NCBI RefSeq assembly: GCF_009914755.1
Contig: NC_060928.1
Length of the DNA: 64,000 bases
Reading direction: 5' to 3' (one strand)
DNA from: the human T2T-CHM13v2.0 reference genome, Homo sapiens
Part shown: positions 51,360 to 64,000 of the stretch, one piece after another
Layout: each line of letters begins with the position of its first letter
Numbering within the stretch: position 1 is the stretch's first letter
The notes under the pieces: generated by a model
Told to the model about the DNA's origin: nothing
The model's input: the letters and a program-made list of their open reading frames with translations, nothing else
The model's database searches: none
Position numbers and translations under genes: made by a program

Positions 51360-52110
51360 TTGTCAGTTTCTTACAGAACTCAACACTTATAATTCAGCAA
51401 TCACACTCTTTGGTATTTACCCAAATGAATTGAAAATTTATGTCCACACAAAAACCTGCACACAGATGTTTATAGCAGTTTTATTCATAACTGCCAAAAC
51501 TTGGAAGCAACCAAGATGTTCTTCAGTAGGTAAATGGATAAATAAACTGCGGTACATCCAGACAATGGGATATTATTTAGTGCTAAGAAGAAATGAGCTA
51601 TCAAGCCATGAAAAGACATGGAGGAATCTTAAATGCATATTATTAACTGAAGGAAAGGCTGTATGATTCCAACTATATGGCATTCTTGAAGGCACAACTG
51701 TGGAGACAGTAAAAAGATCAGGAGTTGGATGAATTGGGGTAGCACAGAGGACTTTAAAAAATAGTCATTTTTTTAGAGCAGTTTTTAGGTTCACACCAAA
51801 ATTGAGCTAAAGATAAGAGATATCCTGTATACCTCCTACCTCCACCCATGCATAGCCTCCCGCATTGTCAACATCCCCACAGAGCCACGGAGCCATACGT
51901 TTGTTAAAATTGAACCTACATTGACGCTTCATCACCCAAAGTCCTGTAGTTTATATCAGGGTTTACTCTTGGTCTTGTACTTTATGGTTTGGACAAATGT
52001 ATAATGACACGCATCAACTCTTATGGAATTGTACACGTAAAATTCACTGCCTTTAGGGCAGTGAAACTTGCGTATGATACCTAATGGTAGGTACATGTTT
52101 ACACTATATA
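51360..52110. mobile_element. Old L1M 3' fragments in both orientations
   Basis: ORF 51430-51666 is typical L1 ORF2-end/3'UTR (HTKTCTQMFIAVLFITAKTWKQPRC). An opposite-strand L1 piece lies at ~51765-52050. Confidence 0.65.
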
Positions 52111-52579
52111 CACCGAAGAGGGACCAGGAGGAAGTCTAGGAAGCAGTTCTTGTAAGTCAGGTTAAGAATTTTAATTAAAAAGGTTTCTTATTTTTTTAAT
52201 GAGTCAGGATCTCACTATGTTGCCCAGGCTGGAGTGCAGTGGCGTGATCATGGTTCACTGCAGCCTTGACCTCCTGGACTCAGGAGATCCTCCCACCTCA
52301 GCTTCCTGAGTAGCGGCAACTACAGGCACATACCACCATGCCTGGCTAACTTTTAAAATTTTTTGTAGAGATAAGGGTCTCACTGTCTCACCTAGGGTGG
52401 TCTTGAACTCCTAGCTTCAAGCAGTCCCCCTGCCTTGGCCTCCCAAAGTGTTGGGATTACAGACGTGAGCCACTGTGCCCCACTGAGAAGTTTCTTTTTA
52501 TATATATATAATTATGTAATTTGCCCTAATTGCATAAATTTGATCAGGCATACCTCACTTTATTTGGTAAATTTGGGTA

Positions 52580-52860
52580 GTCTTTTTTCCTTCTCTTTTT
52601 TTCCTTGTTTCCTTTTCCTTCAGTTTTCTTATCCTTTTTAAATTTGTTTTTCTTTCTTGTTCTTTTTTTCTTATCCTTTCTTGCAACTCCCTTTCCTTTT
52701 CTCCTTTTCTCTCTCCCCGTTTCCCCCCCATCTTTGCCACTGTCTCTTCTTTCCCCCTCATCTCCTTTTTCTTCTCTCCTGTACTCCCCTTTCCCCCTCC
52801 CTTTCCTTTTCGTTCTCCTTCCTTTCTTTTCCCTCTTCCTGTTTGCCTCTACTTCTCTTC
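52580..52860 (+). repeat. Polypyrimidine/polypurine low-complexity tract
   Basis: About 280 nt of predominantly C/T on the plus strand. Confidence 0.85.
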
Positions 52861-52949
52861 ACATCAGCACCTTATTTCCTAGCCCATATTAAGAACCTGA
52901 TTATATGGCTCCTTCTATATATGCTTATATAATAAATAGTATAGACAGT

Positions 52950-53448
52950 TGTGGTAAGCAGAATAATGGCCCCCCAAGTATGTCCACATCCTGATACCTG
53001 GAACCTGTGTATATGTTGCCTTACATAGCAAAAGAGAGTGCAGAGGTGGTTAAGGTTAAGGACTTTGAGATGGGGAGAGCATCCTGGAAGGTGCGCCTGA
53101 TTTAATTGAGAGTCCTTAAAAAATGGCCTGGCCGTGATCAAAGATATGATTACTAATACATGGTCAGAGAGATTTCTATGTTGCTGGCTTTGAAGATGAT
53201 GGAAGGGGGCCATGAGCCACAGAATGCAGGTGGAATGAGGATTCCCTCTAGAAGCTGGGAAAGTATGGCAAATGGATTTTTCTCTTGAGCCTCCAGAGAG
53301 GAATGCAGCCCTGCTGATAAATTGTCTTTAGCTGAGTGAGACCTGTGTTGGACTTCTAACCTACAAAACTGTAAGACAATGAATTTTTATTGTCTTAAGT
53401 CATTGAATTTGTGGTGATTTGTTGTGGCTTCAGTAGAAAACTAATACA
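52950..53448. mobile_element. MLT1 (MaLR) LTR
   Basis: TGTGGTAAGCAGAATAATGGCCCCC...GAAAACTAATACA. Confidence 0.75.
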
Positions 53449-53599
53449 TTATATACATGCACTGAAATGTGCTTATTTATTTTTTATGTCATTGCTTTAT
53501 AAAAATAGTACCATATTATAGGACTTTACTGAATCTTTTTTCAGCAATGCCTTACAGAAATACAAATTGTTTGATGTCATTTTTTTTATTGCAAGTAAA

Positions 53600-56180
53600 T
53601 TTCTCCACATCCTTGCCAATACTTATTTTCTGTATTGTTTTTTTGATAGTGGTCATTCTAATGGGTCTGAGGTAGTATCTCATTGTGGTTTTGACTTGCT
53701 TTTGTCTAATAATTAGTGGTATTGAGCATCTTTCCATGTGCTTATTGGCCATTTGTATATCTTCTTTGGAGAAATGTCTATTGGAGTCCTTTGCCCGTTT
53801 TTAAATTGGGTTGTTTTGTTGTTGTTGTGTGTAGGAGTTCTTTCTATATTCTGGATATAACCAACCCCTTATCAGACATGTGATTACCAAGTATCTTTTC
53901 CTGTTCCATGGGTTGCTTTTTCTCTCTTGATTGTGTCTTTTGATACCCAGAAGTTTTTCATCTTGATGTAATATATAGTCCAGCTTACCAATTTTTTCTC
54001 TTGTTGCTTGTACTTTTGGTGTCATATCCAGAAAATCATCACCAAATCCAGTGTCGTGAAATTTTGTCAGCATGTGTTCCTCTAAGATTTTGATCATTTT
54101 AGGTCTTATGTTTAGGTCTTTGACCCACTTTTAATTAATGTTTTTATATGGTGAAAGGTAAGGGTCAAACTTCATACTACTTTTGCATGTGAATATCCAA
54201 TTTTCCTAGCACCATTTGTTGAAAAGACTGCCCTTTCCCTGTTGAAATGGTCTTGGTACCTTTGTCAAAAATTATTGTGAGGATTTATTTCTGGGTTCTA
54301 CTTCTATTCCACTAGTCTATATGTCTTTCTGTATGCCAGTATCTCAGTGTTGTGATTACTATAGCTGTGTAGTAAGTGTGAGACCTTGAACTTGTTTCTC
54401 CCTTTCAAGATTGTCTTGGCTATTTGGGGTTCCTTGAGATTCCATATGAATTTTAAGGTAGAGTTTTCTCTTTCTGGAAAAACATCATTGGGATTTTGAC
54501 AGAGATTGCATTGAATCTGCGGATAACTTTGAGTAGTATTGACATCTTAATATTTTTTTCCAGTCAATGAACATAGGATGTCTTTTTATTTATTGGTGTC
54601 TTTAATTTCTTTTAGCAATAGTTTGTAGTGTTCAGTGTATAAGAGTTTTGCTTCCTTAAGTTTATTCCTAAGTATTTTATTCTTTTCTATGCTATTGTAA
54701 GTAGAATTTTCTTAATGTTCCTTTTGGATTGTTAATTATTAGTGCTTTGTTTGTTTGTTTGTTTTTGAGATGGAGCCTTGATCTCGGCTTACTGCAACCT
54801 CCGCCTCTGGGGTTTAAGTGATTCTCCTGCCTCAGCTTCTCGAGTAGCTGGGATTACAGGCACACATCACCATGCCCGGCTAATTTTTGTATTTTTAGTA
54901 GAGACAGGGTTTCGCCATGTTGGCCGGGCTGGTCTTGAACTGCTGACCTCAGGTGATCCACTAGCCTCTGCCTTCTGAAGTGCTGAGATTACAGGCATGA
55001 GCCAGTGCACCCAGCATGTTAGTGTTTTTTAATGTAACCATTTTTGTGTGTTGATTCATACCTTGCAACTTTGCTGAATTCATTTATTAGTTCTAACAGT
55101 TTTTTCATGAATTATCTTGGGTTTTCTACATAAAACATCATGCGATGTGTAAATACAGGTTGAGTATCCCTTATCTAAAATGCTTGAGACCAGAGCGGTT
55201 TGGATTTCAGGTTTTGGAATATTCACATACACATAATGAGATGTCTTGGAGATGGGACTCAAGTCTAAACACAAAATTCATTTATGTTTTATATATACTT
55301 TAAACAGGTAGCCTGGAGATACTTTTATACAGTATTTTAAACTTGTGCCTGAAACAGTTTTGGTTGTGACCCATCACATGAAGCCAGGTGTGGAATTTTC
55401 TATTTGTGGCATCATATCAGCACTCAAAAAATTTCTGATTTTGGATTTTTGGATTAGGGATGCTCAACCAGTTTTACTTCTTCCTTTCCAATGTGGATAC
55501 CTTTTCCTTTTTTTTTCTTTCCTAATTGTTCTGGCTAGAACTTCTATTTCTTTCCTAATTGCTCTGGCTGAACTTCCAGTATTATATTGATTAAAGTGAA
55601 CATCCTTGTCTTGTTCCTGATCTTAGAGGAAAAACTTCCAGTCTTTCACCTTCACACCATTAGCTGTGGGCTTTTCATATATGGCCTTTATTATGTTGAG
55701 GTAATTTCCTTCTATTCCTAGTTTGTTGAATATTCTTAAATCGTGAAAGGGTGCTGAATTTTGTTAGATAATTTTTCTGCATCAATCAAGAAGATTGTGT
55801 TTTTTTTTTTTATTTTGTTAATGTGATACATTATGTTGATTGATTTTCATTATATAGAACCATCATTGGATTCCAAGAATGTCTCCCTTGGTCATGGCAT
55901 ATAATCCTTTTCATGTGCTGTTGAATTCTGTTTGTTATTATTTTGTTGAGGATTTTCACATCAGTATTAATCAAAGATAATGGTTTGTAGTTTTTTTATA
56001 GTGTCTTTGTCAAGCTTTAGTATCAGGATAATGCTGGCCTCAGAGTGAGTTTGGAAGTGTTTACTTCCTCTTCACGTTTTTGGAAGAGTTGAGGGAATAT
56101 TGGTGTTGATTCTTCTTTAAATGTTTGGTAGAATTTATCAGTAAAGCCATCTGGTCCTGGGTTTTTCTTTGTTGGGAGTA
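53600..56180 (-). mobile_element. Degenerate L1M ORF2 segment interrupted by an Alu (54746-55015) and a Tigger4/Zombi element (~55156-55470)
   Basis: ORF2-like fragments MANKHMERCS and GFGDDFLDMTPKVQATREKIGKLD. Zombi-like TIR CAGGTTGAGTATCCC...GGGATGCTCAACC. Confidence 0.75.
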
Positions 56181-57064
56181 AATAGATACTTTAAAAAAAT
56201 TCACCTTTTAAAATTATTTATACAACCCCATCCAAACTTTACTACCTATCCTGCAATGTTTATTTTTTCCTTTATGGTCATCAGCCCATCCAAGATCATT
56301 GATTGCTTCTAATTGTCATGTCTTTTTAGTCTTAATCTATCTGGAAGAGTTCCTGCACCTTTCTCTATCTTTCATGACCTTACCAATTTAGAGAGTACAC
56401 ACCTTTATTCTGTAAGATGTCTCTTAACCTGGGTCTGTCTTGTGTTTCCTAATGTTCAGATTCATGTCATATATTTTTGGGAGAAATACCTCAAATGACT
56501 GTTGCATGCTTCTCACTGTATGAGATCAGGAGGCACATGCTGTTGACTTAGTCCACAACCTTGGTCAAGTGGATATTTGCCCCGTCAATCATTTGTCTTA
56601 AGAAGGGCAAATTGACTGGTATTGTGAGAGCAGGGGAAAGGAGCTATCATAATTTTACCATGTCCTCAGAATCTCCTTTCCCACTTGAGATGTCCTAATT
56701 TAAGGTCATCAAGAATTCGTATTTTAAGAATAATTAGAAGTCATTTAACTTTTTAGGCAAGATGAGATATGAAAAATTTTTGTATATGCTGTGTGGTTAG
56801 GGTGAAGGTTAGTTGGTTTTTCTTTTGCATATGCTATCCAGTTATTTCATGCCTGTATATTTTATTTAAATTTTGCTCTAAAGGTTACAATTTGTATATT
56901 TACCACAGTCTACCTTCAAATTATATTACATTAGTTCATTTTCAGTGTAAAAAATTTTTCAATAATTTCTATTTTCCTGTTTTTCCTTTGAACCATTTTT
57001 GCCATACGTTTTATGTGTATGTTAGACTATAGATGATTTTTAAAAAATATATTCCTTTACGTAG

Positions 57065-57393
<329 letters not shown>

Positions 57394-57620
57394 TGAGTTT
57401 TCATAACAAACTTCCCCTTCCACAACAGATAACACACAAGTAAGTTTGTGTCCTTTTTTTTTTTTTTTTTGTCTAAAATAAATTCAGTGAGTGGGTTCCA
57501 GCTAATAAGATTTAGCTATATGTTAAAAAAATGTATATTTGAAAATAATCTCTCATAGATGTTGGACCTTTAGACTAATATGCATCATATTTGAATTTTC
57601 TGATTCTTAAAGGTTTTTGA

Positions 57621-57815
<195 letters not shown>

Positions 57816-58012
57816 TAATTTTGTATTTTTAGTAGAGACGGCATTTCACCATGTTGGTCAGGCTGGTCTTGAACCCCTAACCTCAGGTGATCCACCTACC
57901 TCGGCCTCACAAAGTGCTGGGATTACAGGCGTAAGCCACTGCACCCGGCCTAGGTTCTTTAATTAATATATTTTTGGTATTTATGTAAAACGTTTTTCTT
58001 TTTCTCCCCCAG

Positions 58013-58252
58013 AAACTCGTTTTCATCTTCTTGGTTTCATCTTAATACCAACGTCATGTCTGGTTCTAATGGTTCCAAAGAAAATTCTCACAATAAGGCT
58101 CGGACGTCTCCTTACCCAGGTTCAAAAGTTGAACGAAGCCAGGTTCCTAATGAGAAAGTGGGCTGGCTTGTTGAGTGGCAAGACTATAAGCCTGTGGAAT
58201 ACACTGCAGTCTCTGTCTTGGCTGGACCCAGGTGGGCAGATCCTCAGATCAG
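58013..58252 (+). CDS. NUDT9: NUDT9 coding exon 2
   Basis: Pyrimidine tract and AG at 58011-58012. Encodes (R)[81 protein letters not shown] at 58253, 240 nt. Confidence 0.96.
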
Positions 58253-59975
58253 GTGAGCAAATAAGACAGCGTTAGCTGGGAATAAGACTTTTAGAGAAGG
58301 TAATGGTTTTATTTGTAAAGTATCTTTTTGACACCTGAAAATAATTTCAATCTATGCTTAGCTGTGTTATAACTCAGTTTCCACATTTGCTTGAATTCTT
58401 GCCAAAGATAAACAGTTCATATTTGTTTATTCTTTTGGGGGTTTTATGAGGATACTTCCAAATAGTTAAATCTGTTTTGATTTGAAATAACAAATAGCAT
58501 CAGCTATGTGTTATGAAATAACAGCTGGTACTGTTATATTTGTTTTGAAATAACAGCTGATGGTATTTGTTTTCATGTGTTCTATTTGGGTTATCAATAG
58601 AATATCCTTTGTGGTTATTTTCCAACATAGCTAGACTTGTGAAAATATTTTTCGGAAAATTCTCCAGGTTACTAAGAACAGGATGATGATAAACCAGTGT
58701 GAAAAAATAGAAAAGGGTTGGATAAAGGGGAGTGAGAGGGGGAGAATGAGAGAGAAGGGGCTCTCACTAAATTCATAGAAGTGCCGCATTGATTAACATT
58801 TTATGTTTATGTTTCTTTTTTATTTTCCAGCTTTATTGATATATGATTGACAAGTAACTATATATATTTAAGGTGTACAATGTGATATTTTGACATACAT
58901 ATACATTGTGAAGTGATTACAACAATCAAGCCATTTAAAATAATCTTACATGGTTACCTTTTTTGTGTGTGTAGTGAGAAGAGTTGAGATCCACTCTCAG
59001 CGAGTTTCAAGTATACAATACTGTATTATTACTATTTTTGAGACTGGTGCTCTCTCTCTCTCTGTCACCCAGGCTGGAGTACAGTGATGTGATCACAGCT
59101 TGCTCCAACCTTGAACTCCTGGGCTCAGGTGATTCTCCTGCCTCAGCCACCTGAGTAGCTAGGACTATGGGCATGTTCCACCATACTTGGCTAATTTTAT
59201 TTTATTTTTAAGTAGAGATGGGGTCTCACTGTATTGTCCAGGCTGGACAAGAACAGTATTATTAACTGTAGTCACCACACTGTGCATTAGATCTCTAGAA
59301 CTTACTCATTTTGCATAACTGAAACTTTGTACCCTTTGACCATCATCTCCCCATTTTTCCCATCCCTTTATGTTCCTTTTCTAACCCAGGGTGGAGTGCA
59401 GTGGTGTGATCATAGCTCACTGCAGCCTTGATCTCCTGGGCTCAAGTGATCCTCCCACTTCAGCCTCCTGAGCAGGTGGGACTACAGGTGTGTGCCACCA
59501 TGCCTGGCTAACTTTTAAATTTTTAGCAGAGAAGAGTTCTCACTGTATCATCCAGTCTGGTCTCGAACTCCTGAGCTCAGGTGATCCTTCTGCCTTGGCC
59601 TCTCAAAGTGCTGGGATTACAGGCATGAGCCGGCACGCCTGGTGATTTTTTTAAAAGGGTGAATCTCTAGAGTCCCAAGGGCATTGCAGCTCTGGTTTTA
59701 TAATTTCATGGTTTTTATCATTTAATTCTTTTTATTTGCATGTTAGATGGCAGATTGGCTAGAAGTCTTAAGAAAATGTATGGATCATTGAAATTGGAAA
59801 TTATTCCCAAACAGACCACAGATATTTCTTTGCTCACTCAATGGAATTAAAGCAAGAAAAAAGTGAAACCTGTTTCAGAACTGCCCATGAACTATCCAGT
59901 GCTATGTAACTCTTTATTCACTGTCAGTGCAATTATGGCAGGGATTTTATAGTGGTGAGGAGAGTAGTTTAGTTA

Positions 59976-60134
<159 letters not shown>

Positions 60135-60350
60135 TTAGCTGGGTATAGTGGCATGTTCCTGTAGTCCCAGCTACTCAGCAGGCTGAGGCAGGAGAGTCGC
60201 TTGAATCTGGGTGTTAGAGGTTGCAGTGAACCAAGATAATGCTACAGCATTCCAGCCTGGGTGACAGAACGAGACTCCATCTCAAAAAAAAAAAAAAAAA
60301 AAGAAAGAAAGAAAAAATAATTTTTTTGTGGCATGATACAAATATAGTAA

Positions 60351-60611
<261 letters not shown>

Positions 60612-61309
60612 TGATCTGCCCACCTTGGCCTCCCAAAGTGCTGGGATTACAGGCGTGAGCCACCATGCCTGGCTGTAAAGTGCACATTTCTTACATGTGA
60701 AGGTGTGCAGCTCAGCAAAATTTTACATTTACATAGCTCTGTAAACCACTGCCCAGATCAAGATCTAGAACATTTCCAGCATAGTATGTCTGTTTTTAAT
60801 TTACATCATATTTATTATGCAGCTTGTGGGGCAAATTCACTGCTTTGTGGGTTTACTCTGATAAGAATATTAATCAGTGTGCATTTGAAGAAATTTAAAT
60901 TATTTTGAAATAGTAGAAACATCATCAGAAGGAATCTTATTTTTGGAATTACATGGGAGCAAATAGTTTTCATATTGTGCCCACAAACAATTCCTTCTTG
61001 CTAATAGACCTTCTTGTAGCATGAGGTAGGAGCTCTAGCTCTTCTGCTGGTAGTCCTTCCTGGAGGGGTTAGTAAGTTTAATAATAATATATATCTTTGT
61101 AATGTGTGGTGTTTTGGTTAAAACTTTTTTTTGCCTTAAAAATTGTTTTGAAGGAATAAGATGGATTTGTGAAAAAAAAAAAAAAACTAACCCTTAAAAA
61201 TTTATTGTTTCAGGAATACTTCTTATGGATAACAGATTGACTTTCATTATTAAGCTGTTGGTAGTTTTGAATCATTATTTCTTATTTTACATTGGTATTC
61301 TCATTACAG

Positions 61310-61405
61310 TGAAAGTAATTTTTCTCCCAAGTTTAACGAAAAGGATGGGCATGTTGAGAGAAAGAGCAAGAATGGCCTGTATGAGATTGAAAATGGAAGA
61401 CCGAG
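61310..61405 (+). CDS. NUDT9: NUDT9 coding exon 3 (gene continues beyond the right edge of the window)
   Basis: CAG acceptor ending at 61309. Encodes (S)[31 protein letters not shown](R). GT at 61406, 96 nt, in frame with exon 2. Confidence 0.95.
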
Positions 61406-61878
61406 GTAGGTACTGGGAGCAGAGCATCTTACAATAATGAGTCACCAAAAAGTAGAAAAGATAGTTCATATTTATCAAATCCTTGTATGTGCCAGATGTT
61501 GTACAAATTTATTTACATATGTGATGTAATTAAATCTGCACAATAACCCTGTTGGTGGATATTTTTAATTGAATTTTACAGATAAGGGAAGAGAGTGTAA
61601 GCAATTTGTATACAGCTAAGTAAGTGGCAGAGGCAGCGTTTGAATGCATCTTTTTGTAATTGTATCTTGGAAACAGAAATAATTGAATACATTAACAGAA
61701 AGAAAAATTGTTCAGCAGATATTTATTAAATGGTATAGTATCTTAAAGTAAGAATTTATCCAAACATGTAAGAGTAAAAATAAAGATAACCCAATAATTC
61801 GGGTCTTTCTATACTTTTTAAAAAATGATTTTTCTATACAACTCAAAAATTATCCATTTTCCTTAAGATATTATAAAA

Positions 61879-62868
<990 letters not shown>

Positions 62869-63618
62869 AAAAGTTAGAAAGAAGTGTAAAAATTAGCATG
62901 TACCAAATAAAACCAAAGAAGGATCACAGATTTGAAATCATGGTTATCATCTTATAAAAATGTTACACTTTGTATTCTTGGTTCCTGTAAGACAAGGAAA
63001 TGGTAGTACTCCTCTCATCTCAACCTGGTCCTTCAGTTTTGCTAAGTTCTTTCTTTGGTCATAACTTATTCACCTTTCTATGTTATTGAGTCTTTTTAAG
63101 TCAAATTCTCCTTGCATTTGACTGATTCCTTAGGTTCTTTTATAGATACAATTATAAAAATATTATGAAAAGATAGGTAAGATATATAGATGGAAATGCA
63201 AGATAGATTGTTCTTTTAATGAAGTCTCTTTGACTAATAGAAACTAACTTTAGCTTGCCTGAGCAAAAGTAAAATTTATTTTAAGGCTATGCTATAGGAA
63301 TGTCTCAAGGAGCTCAAAGCAAAAATGCAGCTAACTTGAGGAAAAGATGGAATTCGAAATCCATCAGGACTCTCTCTCTGCTTCATTTATGCTTTTGTCT
63401 ATATTTTTGGCTTATTACTCTCTCTTTGCGAATAACCATCTGTGCTTTTCAGGTTTTAATATAGTCTGTGTGTCCATTCCAGTTTCCTGTTTCCAAGTTA
63501 TGGTCTTGGTCATCTATACAAACTAATCTGTCTCTTTATGGTGGCCTTGATCACTTGTGTTCAGGGGTGTGTGGTTACATGGAATAAAATATGGTTGCAG
63601 GCCGGGCATGGTGGCTCA

Positions 63619-63951
<333 letters not shown>

Positions 63952-64000
63952 TTATTGTCAGCTGGGCAGGTGTCTTGTCTCTTCTTTCTGTTGCTATTTG

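Noticed and set aside
61225-61437. 70-aa plus-strand ORF over NUDT9 exon 3
   Set aside because: It is an alternative frame running through intron and exon. The spliced frame starting at 61310 is the one that matches NUDT9.

Overview
Primate, almost certainly human, genomic DNA. It is dense in Alu and LTR elements and carries the 5' ends of two divergently transcribed genes, recognised from their proteins as the HSD17B11-NUDT9 locus (4q22 from memory). HSD17B11 is on the minus strand, with coding exon 1 at 13902-14111 and exon 2 at 5295-5402. NUDT9 is on the plus strand, with coding exons at 45950-46056, 58013-58252 and 61310-61405. All junctions are GT-AG and in frame. The ~31 kb between the two promoters holds a 6.7-kb env-less betaretroviral provirus (HERV-K14/HML-1-like, 25151-31843), solo LTRs (LTR12C, MER52, MER11, LTR8, MST), a Tigger1 fragment, an MRPL19 processed pseudogene and a Y4 RNA pseudogene. 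Almost all other ORFs in the track are Alu, LTR or low-complexity artefacts. I found no evidence of a new multi-gene system. The observations not explained by ordinary annotation are: (1) a template-switch repair scar in HSD17B11 intron 2, made of an inverted duplication, templated AT filler and a direct duplication; (2) a 31-bp patch apparently copied from a nearby Tigger1 into a MIR; (3) a second, divergent integrase C-terminus where the provirus env should be; (4) an MRPL19 retrocopy that appears to lack exactly one exon; (5) an LTR12C promoter aimed at HSD17B11; (6) NUDT9 exon 2 or 2+3 circles that would carry a stop-free ORF. Repeat family names come from memory of consensus sequences and need RepeatMasker/Dfam confirmation. 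Repeat boundaries are approximate unless a TSD is quoted.
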